This document shows, in pieces, positions 14,480 through 27,275 of a DNA stretch of 64,000 nt. Positions within the stretch are counted from its first letter, which is position 1. Each line of letters begins with the position of its first letter. The notes below the pieces were generated by a model, which saw only the letters and a list, made by a program, of their open reading frames with translations, ran no database searches and had not been told where the DNA came from. Position numbers and translations under genes: made by a program. Origin of the DNA: Cenococcum geophilum (Eukaryota); the NCBI GenBank assembly GCA_050273025.1, contig CP158635.1:17608001-17672000 (forward strand). The letters run 5' to 3'.

Positions 14480-15137
14480 CGAACGCAAAGTAGCCGTCTG
14501 AACGAATTTCTTAGGGCTGGTCCTCTGAAAATCGTTTGTCCTCCAGCTGAGGCGCGACTCATCTGGTTAACGCCACTCTCACGCGCCACGCATCCCAGGC
14601 AAGCTTTCGAAGGTTTCCAGAGCGAGTTATTAGCGGTAACAACCGAAAAACTTGTGTCTAGGGGTTGAAAGAAAACATTGATACATTTGTCTAGGCCGGG
14701 ATTATGCTTTGGATTTGGCGAGCACCCTTGAAGAGAACTCAGAAAGCTGTCGAGAATTCGTGTTGCACGACAACCACTGAACCAGTCGTGACTTGAGTGT
14801 GTTATAAGGTAGAGCTGCAGGCAACGAAATCCAAAATATCACGACATTTTGCGGTGCTTAAGGACGGTAATATAGAAGGTATATTGGGTTGAACCATACT
14901 TGGCATAGTTTAGCGAGCAGCGCGGCGTATTTGGCACTTTGAGTCGTATTTTCTCAATCCAGGAGTTTCCAGTGTAGGAGGTTGGTGTAGCATCTCCGGA
15001 ATATTCCTCGTGAGATACCCCCGAGCGAATTAGTACCTCCATTGAAAACGGAGTTAGGTACGTCGAAGATTCTATCCGTAGGATGAATATCTAAGTGTTT
15101 ACTTAACGACATTACTTCCTTCCAATTGCATTCGTAC

Positions 15138-16537
15138 TCAGAGTCTCGCCTTTTCTTTCAAAATGCTTCCAATGAGCATCTCGACCTCCGTCGCGCATCC
15201 GTAGCTTGACTGATAACCATAGCCACCGTGCCCATAGTTGTGCACAACCCACACATTCGCAATCTTCTCCTTCTCGACTCTTAGCCCATCCTTCCGCATC
15301 GGCCTCAGACCAACACCATGACGAATGACGCTCAAAGCTTCAATGCCCTTACCCTTGGTTAACTGGGGACAGAGGTCTACACACCGCTTCATGATCCGCA
15401 GTGCAAGGTTGGGGTCGGGCTGTGACTCCCAATTGCCCTTCTGCAGGCAGCCTCCAAGGATGGTGCCACCGCCTGCTATGTCTTAGCAGGTGCGGCCGAG
15501 GGGAGGGGGTCAACAGGGGGTCAACGAGGGGTTAAATACCAACGGCGCGCTGCATGATATACGTCGCCTCGTCCGAGCCGTCGTCGGTCCCGGATATCGT
15601 GGTCATCACTCCGGGTTCATTCCTTACTGTCACGATCTGGCCGCGGCCGGGGAAGACGGTGGGATCTTCTACGCCGCCTAGCTTGCCAGCTGAGAGACCA
15701 GTGCAATTGATGACAACGTCAGCTGGTTTTCCTGTGTGGTGGAGCGAGGCAGCTTCAGCTACGTGCGATACGATGCCACGGTTGAGCATAACGCCGGCCT
15801 TGACGCATTGCCCAACTAGCCAAGGGAGGTAGACGGCCGTGTTGATACACAAGGAGGTGAAGGCTGTTGCGGAGTCGATGCCTGGAGAGAGCTCCGAGGC
15901 AGGGAGGATACGGAACTGTGAGATTGGTGAGTAATTGGAGGAGGCTTGGATACTTAGGCAGTGACTATAGTGACAATATTGCTGCGTATATCAATGTGGG
16001 GTTGATAATGGGGAGCTGCTGCCTGAGAGGCGCTATATCAAAAAGCACAAGACGCATTCGGAATACAAATACAGCCACGCACGTTTGGTAAAATATCCTT
16101 AAACCACGCATCTTTATTACACAGTTCATTCAACCATTCGCCGGTATCTGAATGCGCATCTTTTTCACGCTTGTAGATGATGGTGTCCTGATAATGAATC
16201 CCCGCCTCGACGACCTCGTCGCAGATGCGATGCAACTCGGGCCAAGTGTCACGCTCGAAGCGCTGCAAGTTGGTTCCGGGCACTCCGACAGGCAAATAAT
16301 TCGCGCCGGCCCAGGGCGAAGCGTATTCGATGTCATAGTCGCCCGGCATATGCTTAGCGACGACGGTGACTTTGAAGTTCGCATGTTTGGACAGCACAAG
16401 GGCGGTTGTGAGGCCCACCACGCCAGCGCTGCGAGGCTTTATATTTAGAATGAGAGATGCAAAGCAAACTGGTGAGGAGGGCTGAGCGCATAAATGCTTG
16501 CTGCTTACCCGAGCACTGTTATGTTTGCTTCAGCCAT
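15138..16537 (-). CDS. DAO1: D-amino-acid oxidase (FAD-dependent, peroxisomal); exons 16537-16509, 16428-16083, 15915-15540, 15472-15138
   Basis: Spliced N-terminus ITVLGAGVVGLTTA (GxGxxG), ASPWAGAN, VVINCTGL, GLRPMR, VVHNYGHGGYGYQSSYG. C-terminal -ARL is a PTS1. GT-AG introns restore the frame. Confidence 0.93.
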
Positions 16538-17382
16538 TTCTTTTGGGATTATTAATTGGGTTTTAATTGTTTAAAAGTTCAGGATGCTGGAATTTGAAAT
16601 GATCTGGGCAGATGGCATGGTCAGCTGAGATGGCTCCTGAGGAACCCTAGTGATGGCTGAGACTCCTGGGATGTGCAGAAACGGAATAATCGCACAGGAC
16701 TGCGCGAGGAGGCGATGGGGTGGTTTATTTACCAAGTCACGCTGGGAATGCACGGCAAGACTTCAGCTCTCGTGCCTGTGTATTTTACCACGCGCAGCAG
16801 AAGGCACCCGTCTTATATTAAGAGTCATATCCCCTGGTCATTCGGGATATCCGTTAGAGAACTCGCGGGGACGGGAGTCCGTTTTGGGACAACTCGTTTC
16901 TCAAGGTTTGCTGGAGTTCAAACAGAAAGCTGTCGCGAGGCTTCGGTATCTACGCAATCTACGCAATTTTGACATAACAAATCGAAAGAGCTAGAGTTGC
17001 CATTTGAATCAATAGTACTAGCAGAAATAGGGGTAATATCGAGATAAAATTTTCTCTCTGCACGAAAGCTATTTTTGCAGAAAGCTCCGTGAAAGGCGGA
17101 GGAAGCGCTGATGTGTCGTTTTTTTCGAGCGGATTCGGTAAGTATCTCGCTTAATCAGCGCATGAAACGGGGATAGTCCTGTATTTCGCCAGGCTCACCT
17201 TCTGCTTGGTGAAGCGTCATTAACCCACGGTTCAGAACAACAGCTATTGTTCGTCGCCTGATGGTGAAGAGCCAGCCTCCTCGATTTATATCAAACCTCT
17301 CTTCCTCCCCTTCTCTCATGCAGGCCTCTTCTTTCTGTACAAACTCTCCCCAAAATTCCTCGTCACCAACCTTACACCCAAC

Positions 17383-18878
17383 ATGCGTTCCGAATCCGAG
17401 TTCCCCCTGCTCTCCGCACTGGGTCTCTACGCCAGCGAGATTCGTGGTGATGGTAAGGCCCTATCCACTCTAATGGCGACTGTCTGCTAATATGTACGAC
17501 TTGCACAGGCAACTGCCTCTTCAATGCTTTATCTGACCAGCTGTACGGACATCAAAAGGAACACCACGAAATCCGTGCCAAGGTGATCGCGTACATGCGA
17601 GAACACGCTTCATATTACAAGCAATTCATCGACGTCCACCCTGGCGGTGGCACACGCCGAAATCCAAAACGCAAGAATGCCGGGGCCTTCTCAACACCTG
17701 TCAGCTATTCTTCACCTACTGCCGAAGAGATTGACCGGATTTTCGAGAGCCATCTTGAGAGCATGGCCAAAGGTGGTACTTACGGCGATAATATGGAGAT
17801 CACCGCCTTTAGTTCGGCATTTGAAGTTGATGTGAAGATATATCAACGAGATTTCGCATACATGGTGACCGGCAATGGGGGTGAGAGCAGCAATCGGGCA
17901 GTTGCTCACATTGCATATCATGTAAGTGGAAGCCTTAGGCTGACGTACCAGTGAATCCCAGTTTCATTGCACACATGCTGATTTTTGCTGTTACTGCAGA
18001 CGTGGGAGCATTACTCGTCTATCCGCAACCTCGACGGGCCCCACTCCGGTCTCCCAAATGTCCGGGTCAAATCCCTCAGCCCAGCAGAAGAACAGCGTCA
18101 GCAGGAACAGCTGACTCGCACTCCATACACTCAGGATTGGATGCTTGACGTCGTGTCAAAGTCACTCCCATTCCTTGCCGATAAGCCTACGATACGAAAA
18201 GCTCTCGAAGAGTCAAAAGGCAACATTGACGCTGCTGTCTCTAAGCTTCTTGATCGTGAGAGCTCTCAGTCTGCTCCAGAAAGCTCAAGCGTTGAGCGAG
18301 ATCCCGATAGCGATAACGAAGCTATATATGGTCCAAACAAGCGTCGTGATCGTCGGCTGAGTCGCGCTTCTAAAGATGCCATCAAGAAAAATGAGCAGCG
18401 TCGCCGCGAGATCATATCTAAACTTGCTGTGCAAAACGATTCTCAGGAGTCTCTTACCGACGCTGATACTCAGTCACCTGCTCCACCACAACTAGAACCT
18501 ACTCAGGTCATTGAAACCCCTGACACTGACGAAGAGTGGCAACCCAACCCAATCAAGGGCGAAGACCCTGTCCCTGGAACCGACTCACCCCAAAAGATCC
18601 CTACTCGGGTCAAAATCAATTTCAATCAGACTCCACCAGAAGTAGTTGCTCGCAAGACCAAGCAACGTCAGTCAGGCCCTCAGCATCGTAAGGGTCCTAC
18701 TGCACGTGAGAAAAAGGACATGAAGAAGCAAGCTCAGAAAGCAGCACGCAAAGAACGGGCTCTTGCTGAGTCGAAGGGCAAAGTCAGTGGAGAGAACAGC
18801 AAAGACCTCCCAATCCTCACTAAGTCTAAGAAACCATCCCCTGGTCTTGATGCTGGCTTCAGAATCCTCTACATCTGA
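17383..18878 (+). CDS. OTU-domain deubiquitinase with CUE/UBA-like segment and basic C-terminal tail; exons 17383-17452, 17509-17921, 18000-18878
   Basis: Splicing yields IRGDGNCLFNALSDQL (catalytic Cys motif), YGDNMEI and HIAYHTWEHYSS (catalytic His). ALEESKGNIDAAVSKLL is CUE-like. Confidence 0.9.
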
Positions 18879-19935
18879 GGTGACTGGCAGCTCTCATATC
18901 TCGCGGATCTCTGCTTTTCTCTCATATAGTCACGAGATCAACGGCCGATCGTCTTCGTAATTCACGCATCTCACCCCCGGATCGATATACCCACACAAGC
19001 GCCTGCCGGGAGGCCTCCTGGATTTCACATTTCTCTTTCACGGTATCATATCAGTATACAACAGCATTGTCATGATCATTAGCAAGCGTAGCATTGTGGT
19101 TGGCGTTTGTATGCATGATACACTTTTCATCTCTGCCGAAAACACGACTCAGGTTGGCAGTATTTCACGTTTCATCTCTTGAACTAGCATAGGCATATTT
19201 GGAAATTCCATGACGGCGCTGAAGGGCTCGGGCCGTCATTGGTTTTCCTTATTGTCATGGCGGACTTGGACTTTGCAGCGACCAAATATGGCGGGGCGTG
19301 TTTGGCGTTATTGGCACCATTGGACTGGTAGATTGGCGGATTGACATGAGTGGTGGCCACTATGGCGGTTTGGACAAATGGGTACCTCTTCTAAGGCAAC
19401 GGGCCTTGCCTTACTTCTGTCACAGATACCATACAGGGTAGAGGCGACTAATGTACTGTCTCATGTTCGCACCTGCTTAACCTTTTTCTACATTGGTTTT
19501 GGATTTTGTGAATACCCCTGAACTTGCGGAAAGGACACGAATTATTTTCTCCCCCTCGCTTCTAGCTTCGGCTGTCCGTGCGTGAATCTTCCCAAAACAG
19601 ACGCCCGGCTCCTCATCGGCAACATTCGGCACCCCTGTTGCGGTCTTGTTAAATAGGACAACCACGATGATCGTGATTTTCTGGCTCTGCTTTGCATAGA
19701 CCGTACGCGCATACATAGTTACTTTCTAGAATCTCCTGTAACCGATGAAGGTACTTCTAAGGCGTTTGAAGAAATACAGTCTGCACAGCCAATGGTAAGG
19801 CCAACAAACAAACAAGCTCATATACAATTGAATCTATCCATCTTTTACCAAAATCTCTCAAATTATCACACTCATGCCTCATAACAAAAATACATGAATC
19901 AGCCTATCTGCTTGCCACCACCACACAACCCAGCT

Positions 19936-20930
19936 CTACCCCCTGGCCGGCGCCGTCCTAACCTTGACACTCCCATCCTGCATCCCAAAATAAACCGCGA
20001 CAGGCCTCTGCCCGCCCAACTTTCCCGCCGTACTCCTCCCCTCCCCGCGCAACCTCTCCGCCTGGACCCCATCCAACCCACAAAACAGCCCAACCTCCAA
20101 CACCCCGGTGATCAGGCCGATCTCGCGGCTCAGCCGCTCGACCTCCCAGCTCCCGCCAGTGCCATCGCCGGCGGCCGCGCCGGCGGCGACGTCGGCGGTG
20201 GTGAGGAGGGCGGGGAAGGGCGCGTCGACGATGAAGAAGTCCTGGTCAGTTTTTAAGGGGCCGGCTTTTGGCAGCAGGTTTTCGCGCACGCGGGGGTTGG
20301 CGCTGCCGAGTTGGCGCAGGGAGTGGATGACGGTGTGCGCGGAGATTGGGGCGACTTCGATGGGGATGGAGGGCCAGTTTGTTAGGAGGCGGGGTTGGTC
20401 TTTGCGGTAGTCTAGGAGGAGGGGGGTGGGTTAGCTTAGGTAGAGAGAGAGCAGGTAAGGGAGAGGGAGTAGCGAGGGATAGGCAGGTGTGAGAGGGTTG
20501 CAGAGTTGCAGAGGGGGTGTATGGGTGATTATATGGGCTGGACAGACGCACCCGCGACGCAGACGAACTTCCGTGCGCGCTCCGCAACCAGCTTCTCCTG
20601 GAACAGGCAGGCGCCGCCGCCCTTGATGCAGTTGAGGTCCTCGTCAACCTCGTCGGCGCCGTCAAACGCCACGTCCAGCACCGCGTCCTCGGGCAGCGAG
20701 TCGAACGCGATGGGCGTCAGCCCAGCTTTCACAATCACCTGCCGCGACTGATACCCCGTCGGCACGAAGCGGATGTTCGGGTTCGTGCTGCGCTCTTTGA
20801 TCGCCTCGACCACGTAGACGATGGTTGTGCCAGACCCGATGCCGATGTAGGTCGCTGACGGGTCGAAGTGGTCCTCCACGGCGCGGGTGGCGGCTTTGCG
20901 CTTGGCTTCTTCGATGCTGTGGTCGGCCAT
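19936..20930 (-). CDS. RKI1: Ribose-5-phosphate isomerase A; exons 20930-20552 and 20411-19936 (possible upstream in-frame ATG at 21149)
   Basis: GIGSGTT, DGADEVD, IKGGGACLFQEK, KAGPLKTDQDFFIVD and GVLEVGLF motifs; one GT-AG intron. Confidence 0.95.
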
Positions 20931-21542
20931 TGTCGAAGCGGTTGAGAGGGCGGAGCGGCGCTGGGAGGGAGGTTGTGGGAGGAGTTGCGGGGCATGCAAT
21001 TGAGGTCGGTGATGATAGAGGTGTCGGTGGAGGAGGGTAGGAGGAGGGAGAGCTTTGGGACTGGATGGCTGGTAGTGGGTGGTATAACTGAGCGGGCGCG
21101 GTGAAGTTTTCTGAATCAGCGTTGGGAATGCTTTGCAATTTACCCGCATGAACGTCGGGAGAGGTTGGGGTGATGTTGGGCTGGAGATGCTGGGGAGCTC
21201 TGCTGCTCTGGACAAAATATTTAAAAGGCTTCAATGGGTTAAAGGTCGACATAGGCAACTTCTATGATTGCTATACGTCAATTCCAGATTACTTCATGTG
21301 CTTCCGTATGCGGCCGTTGTTGTTTGTTAGGTCAGGATGACTTCAAGCCCGCGGTGAATCACGGCTGTTCACCCCCGCTTCGCTCTTTGGCGTCGAGGAG
21401 GGCCGAGTCGCAAGGGTACTTCACCGCCCGGCAGTATTTTTGGCGGTGCCTGAATTCGCGATGACAACCGCCTCTCTGTTCTGCCTCGAATATAACCTCG
21501 TTTCTTGTACAAGTGCTCGAGGAACTGTATGGAATTTTCGTC

Positions 21543-23541
21543 ATGACTGGCATTACGCCTCCGCCTCTCCATGGGCCTACGTCTAAGGAAAAGAAGTAGG
21601 TTTTTCAAGGTTAATGTGTAGCTGGAGCTTCGTTGTGGATAAACTTGTGCTGATATACTGTAGATATGACCGACAACTTAGACTCTGGGCGGCCAGTGGC
21701 CAAGCTGCTTTAGAAGAGTCTCATATTCTGCTCATCAATTCTGGACCCGGGGTTGTAGGAGTTGAAACCTTGAAGAACCTCGTACTGCCAGGTCTGCCCT
21801 TTAGTTCCGGTCTCAGCATGCCGAGCTAAATATTTACAGGAATCGGCCAGTTTACTATCTTAGACTCGGCCATAGTTACGGAAGCCGATCTAGGAGTCAA
21901 CTTCTTTCTGGAAGAGGAGCATCTGGGTGGCTTTCGAGCAGAACATAGCTGCAACCTGCTGAAAGAGCTTAATCCAGACGTCCAAGGCAGCTATATTACC
22001 GAGGTACAGCTCAGATATTGAAGATTTGCACAGACTAGAATTTCTCTAACCGCTTTTCTAGCCTGTCGAGTCTTTCCTCTCCAAGCCTGACGCACTGAAA
22101 CCATACACATTGATCCTCGTATCAGCACCAATCAATCCCCAACTCGTCTCCAAACTTGCAACAAATGCCGTAACCTCCGAAATACCAACCTTCTACATTC
22201 ACTGCATAGGCTTTTACAGCCACTTTTCTGTCCACCTCCCATTCGCTTTCCCTATTGTCGACACGCATCCTGATCCAGTAACTACCACCGACCTCCGTCT
22301 TCTCACATCATGGCCTACACTATCACGGTTTGCGGAACAGAAAACAAAGGGACTGGAGGAAATGACCCACCACGACCATGGACATGTTCCGTATGTTTTG
22401 TTGCTGTTATACTACCTCGAAGAGTGGAAGAAAACACACAATGGCCAGGTTCCGCAGACCTACAAAGAGAAGATCGCATTCAGGGAGGTGGTAACGAAAG
22501 GTGCGAGGACAGATAGCCCAGAAGGTGCGGAAGAGAATTACGATGAGGCGGTGGCGGCGGTATTAAAGTCGCTGAACCCAGCCTCGGCGAGCAGTGCTGT
22601 GAGAGAAGTCTTTAGGGCGGAGGAGTGCAAGTCCTTGACTCCGGAAAGCGCGGGTTTCTGGATAATAGCGCATGCTATCTCGATTTTCTATACGAAACAT
22701 TCCGAACTCCCTCTTCCCGGCTCTGTGCCCGACATGAAAGCTCGGTCTGCAGATTACATCCAGCTTCAGAATGTGTACAAGTCCAGAGCGCGGCAGGATC
22801 TTGCGGAAGTACTTGCTACCGTCCGTTCTTTAGAGAAGCAGTTTGGGCGCACAGTAGCAATTGATGAAAAGGAAGTTGAGGCGTTCTGTAAGAATGCTGC
22901 TCATATTAAACTCGTGCGAGGACGACCATTCCATGTCGTGCTGCCTGGAGAGAGAATTAGATGGGGTGATAGAGCCAAGTTTGCTGGTATGTATTGCAGG
23001 ATTGCACTGTAGCGATTGGAGTAAGGCTAACAGTTACCCTATAGCTCAATCTCTAACAAACCCAGACTCTCTTATCCTTCTTTACATTGCCTTTTTAGCC
23101 ACTGATGCTTTCACTGCCACCCATCCTGCGGATGATCTTGGTGGCGCGGCAAACGCCCCTGGTGAAGCTGATACGGAGACAGACGCGGAGAAAGTTACAG
23201 GCATTGCCCTTAAGATTATCGACGATCTAATAAGTGAAGCGGGTACATTTGTTGAAGATCCGGAGTATTCAGAAGTCAAGTCGAAAGCTGGGGAATATGT
23301 GCAGGAGATGTAAGCTCTTTCTAGCAATTCCTCTCATTACCTTCCGTTCTAGTTCCTCATGCTAATGATCGACCAAAACAGCGTTCGAGCCGGCGGCGCC
23401 GAGCTCCACAATATCGCTGCTCTTACGGGCGGTCTAGTGGCACAAGAGGTTATTAAAGCTGTCACGAAACAGTACATCCCAGTTGACAACACATGCATCT
23501 TTGATGGTGTGACGAGTAAGAGCTCTGTGTTGCGGTTTTAG
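21543..23541 (+). CDS. ULA1: NEDD8-activating enzyme E1 regulatory subunit (APPBP1/NAE1); exons approx 21543-21595, 21664-21791, 21840-22003, 22062-22986, 23045-23309, 23382-23541
   Basis: [83 protein letters not shown]; five GT-AG introns. Confidence 0.93.
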
Positions 23542-23998
23542 GCTACTATAGTTGAGTAAAGCCGATTCTATAAGCTAGCGCGGTATAGATGCAGGTTCGT
23601 ATGGCATTGCACAGTGTCCCGGGAGGAATGATTGAGTAGTGGGTGGAGATCATTGAACGGATGCATAGATGTAGAGCGCCGAGGCCGCACAAAATAGTGT
23701 GAACGGTTAGATAAAGAGGTTGTATACCTTACTGCATGGAGCTTTGGCTTGATGAATCAAGCCTATGGGAATTTTCAAGAGTTTCCCAACAAGCATCAGC
23801 CACAGTGAGTATTATAATAATCCATTCGAGTTATCCTCAGATCAAACACGATTTAAGTGATTGGTCCCTTTCGCGCCAAGCTTTTCCGCCTCTCCAACAC
23901 GCCTAAATTCCCGTGCACGCGTGATCGCGAACCTCAGCTGGAGCCTCCAGCCATCCAGCCCGAATTTCCCACTCCAAAACTTCCCAATCGCACACACC

Positions 23999-25551
23999 AT
24001 GGACAACAACTGCGGCAGCTTCGACATCCCCGACTCGACCGACTGGCTGCACACACCGCTGGCCTCCTTCGAGCCCCTCGAGGCCGCGCTGCGCTGCCAG
24101 GTCTGCAAGGACTTCTACGACACGCCGATGCTGACGACGTGCTCGCACACCTTCTGCTCACTGTGCATCCGCCGCTGCTTCGCGGCCGACGGCAAGTGTC
24201 CGACGTGCCGCGCCAGTGACCAGGCCAACAAGCTGCGCCGGAATTGGGTCGTGCAGGAGATTGTGGATGCGTTCCAGGCGGCGCGGGCGGCGGCGCTAAA
24301 GCTGGCCCGGGAGGCGGCGGAGGCCGAGGCGGGGCAGAGGACGGGCGGGAAAAAGAGGAAGCTGGATGAGGCGGATTTGGAGGATCGGGAGCCTGAGAGT
24401 GGGGGCAGGGCGAGAAGAACGAGGAGTCGGGGGAGGAGAGTGGACGAGGCGTCTTCGCCGCCTGAGCTGGTCGATCTGGAGGAGGGGGGCGAGGATGCGG
24501 AATATTGGCCGGATGATGGGCTGGTGAAGTGTCCGATCTGCAGTAGGCGGATGAAGGAGGAGGCGGTCTATTCGCATCTAGACCAGTGCGATGGGGAAAC
24601 GAAGCCGACGAGTAGGCGGAGCACAAGATCGAGGTCCGTATACCGCTGAGGAAGTTATATTCGTTGCTCTCCGCGTTCTGATAAGCCGCTAGGTCCATCG
24701 CTCCAGCTCGAAACCTTCAGCGACCTGCTACGAAGGAGACATCGCTGGCGCCTGCCCGTATCCCCCAGCTGAACTATTCGTTGCTCAAGGAAAACGCCCT
24801 CCGGAAGAAGCTCCAGGATCTCGGCATACCGTCCTGGGGCTCTCGCCAGCTCCTTACGCGCCGCCATGTCGAATGGGTCAATCTCTGGAACTCGAACTGC
24901 GACTCCGCGCGGCCGCTGTCGAAGCGGGAACTGCTGAAAGAGCTAGAAACTTGGGAGCGAAGCCAGGGTGGAAGTGCGCCCAACACGGCTGCCGCAGTCA
25001 TGAAAAAGGACTTTGACGGCCAGGGTTGGGCGAGCAGTAACAAGGACCAGTTCGATGCGCTTATTGCTAACGCGAGGCGGAAACGAGGGACGCCGGTGGA
25101 GAAAAATGAGAAAGATGGGCTTCGGGATGAGACGGTGAAGATGCTGCCGAAATCCGTAGAGTTGATTGAGCTGAGCCCTGGGTCAAACCAGCAAGCTGAT
25201 GTTCCCCGACCGTACGAGAGCAATGAGGATGCCTTGTCAATTATTAGGGAAAATGTGGGCCAGGCGAATCGGGATGGATTTGCGCCACGATCGCTGAACC
25301 AAGCGTCAGAGCCTACTTCGCAGAAAAATGGAGATAGTGCGATTACGGATAGAGAATCATTGCCGGATGCGCCAGAGGAAGATGGCATTCCAGTCAACTT
25401 TAAGTCGCCGACACAGAGCCAGACTTCACAAGGGCCTCCATCGTCGTCTTTGTCGAAATACCCGTTTTCTTCGCCGACGAGGAAGCTGCCGATGTTTCAA
25501 GTACCTGAGGACCCAGTTGTGGATATGGATAGTGGGACTGCGGTACAGTAG
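23999..25551 (+). CDS. RAD18: Post-replication-repair E3 ubiquitin ligase Rad18 (RING, UBZ zinc finger, SAP); intron 24634-24692
   Basis: DSTDW, RING CQVCKDF..CSHTFCSLCIRRC..CPTC, UBZ CPIC..HLDQC, SAP LNYSLLKENALRKKL, RHVEWVNLWNSNCDS. The intron keeps the frame. Confidence 0.95.
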
Positions 25552-25839
25552 GATGCTGTTAAAATCTATGTATTGTTACCCCTTCAGTTGGTCCTCCGAA
25601 CGTATTGAACGTGATGTTTTGCTATGGTGGTATCATGCTTTTTATATCAGTTCGAAGACACTCGATTGACAGAGCTCGGTGTGGCCAACAGGCAGCACTT
25701 AGTGAGCGATAGATCACTGCCGCTGACTGACTGTTAATCAAGTCGCTCGCTGAACCCTACGCTGGATATATATACATTGACCGCATCGCTGTCAGCGCGC
25801 TTATCCCAATTGGGTAAATTATATAGACGCGGTAGAATC

Positions 25840-26182
25840 ATAGAGTTAAACTTTAGATTTTAGCAGTACCTTAGTATATACAAATATTGACATTACCTAA
25901 TCTTAAATCTATCCTAATTAACGTTATATAATATTTGAAACCGTTAGATTTAGCTAGCGCGCCACGGAGGCTTTAAAGGAGACATTTTACTAGGACTACT
26001 ACCTAAACCTAATTCTACTCTATATATATTAACTAAGCAACTAAGTTAACAATACATACCCTTTCTTCCCCTTTTTTTACCTTCTTTACGCAACGTCTTA
26101 ACTTTATTACGCAGTTTTTATATATAGCTTAATAGAATCTACTTCGCTATATATTATCGCCGCTTGTACTTATTCCGTAATA
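25840..26182 (-). mobile_element. Solo/partial LTR of the family also at 43689-43974 and 53128-53449 (opposite orientation), abutting the ankyrin array
   Basis: Reverse complement of ~26010-26182 (tattacggaataagtacaagcggcgataatatatagcgaagtagat...) aligns with 43689 and 53128 onwards. Left boundary approximate. Confidence 0.8.
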
Positions 26183-27275
26183 TAGCCTTTATATAACGCC
26201 GCTTAGAGAATATTACTATACTATCTACCTTATATATTAATATTAGCGCCCTTACTAAGGAGCAACTTAATAATCTTGTTATAGTCTCCATACGACGCTG
26301 CTTAGAGCGCGTTGCCATAGTCTCTACCTTGTGTATTAATATTGGCGCCCTTACTAAGGAGTAGCTTGACGATCTTGTTGTGGCCTCCATATGACGCCGC
26401 CCGAAGCGCATTGCCGTAGTCTCCACCTTGCGCGTTGATGTCAGCGCCCTTACTAAGGAGTAACTCAATGACCTTGTCATGGCCTCCATACGACGCTGCC
26501 TGGAGCGCGTTGCTGTACCATCCGCCTTGCACGTTGACGTCGGCGCCCTTTCTGAGGAGTAGCTTAACGATCTTGTCGTGACCTCTATATGACGCCGCCT
26601 GGAGCGCGCCGCCGTACCCTCCACCTTGCGCGTTGATGTCGGCGCCCTTGCTGAGAAGTAGCTCAACGATCTTGTCGTAGCCCTCACACGACGCCGCCTG
26701 GAGCGCGCTACTGTACGACCCACCTTGTGCGTTGACGTCGGCGCCCTTGCTGAGGAGTAGCTCAACGATCTTGTCGTAGCCTCTATACGACGCTGCCTGG
26801 AGCGCGTTGCCGTACCACCCACCTTGCGCGTTGACGTCGGCGCCCTTGCTGAAGAGTAGCTCGATGATCTTGCCGTGGCCTCTATATGACGCCGCCTGGA
26901 GCGCATTACGGTACGGCCCACCTTGCGCGCTGACGTCGGCGCCTTTGCTGAGGAGTAGCCCGGCGATCCTGTCGTGGCCTCCATGCAACGCTGCCTGGAG
27001 CGCGTTGCCGTAGTCTCCACCTTGCGCGTTGATGTCGGCGCCCTTGCCAAAGAGTAGCTCGATGATCTTGTCGTGGCCTCTATATGACGCCGCCTGGAGC
27101 GCGTTACCGTACCGCCCACCTTGCGCGTTGACGTCGGCGCCCTTGCTGAGGAGTAGCTCGACGGTCTTATCGTGGCCTCCATGCAACGCCGCCTGGAGCG
27201 CGTTGCCGTAGTCTCCACCTTGCGCGTTGATGTCGGCGCCCTTGCCGAGGAGTAACTCAATGATCATATCATGGC
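26183..27275 (-). repeat. Tandem array of ~11 99-bp ankyrin-coding units (last one beyond the stop and heavily RIP'd)
   Basis: Repeated GHDKxxELLLSKGADxNAQGGxYGNALQAASYx units with 99-bp periodicity. Confidence 0.92.

Noticed and set aside
19210..19240. 8-bp stem atgacggc/gccgtcat downstream of the OTU gene
   Set aside because: Too short to distinguish from chance.
19894..21258. Multiple overlapping ORFs around RKI1 (and antisense ORFs over RAD18)
   Set aside because: Explained by high GC3 codon bias; no recognisable motifs.
26154..27260. 368-aa repetitive Arg/Ser/Thr ORF
   Set aside because: Alternative frame of the ankyrin array, open only because the unit is repeated.
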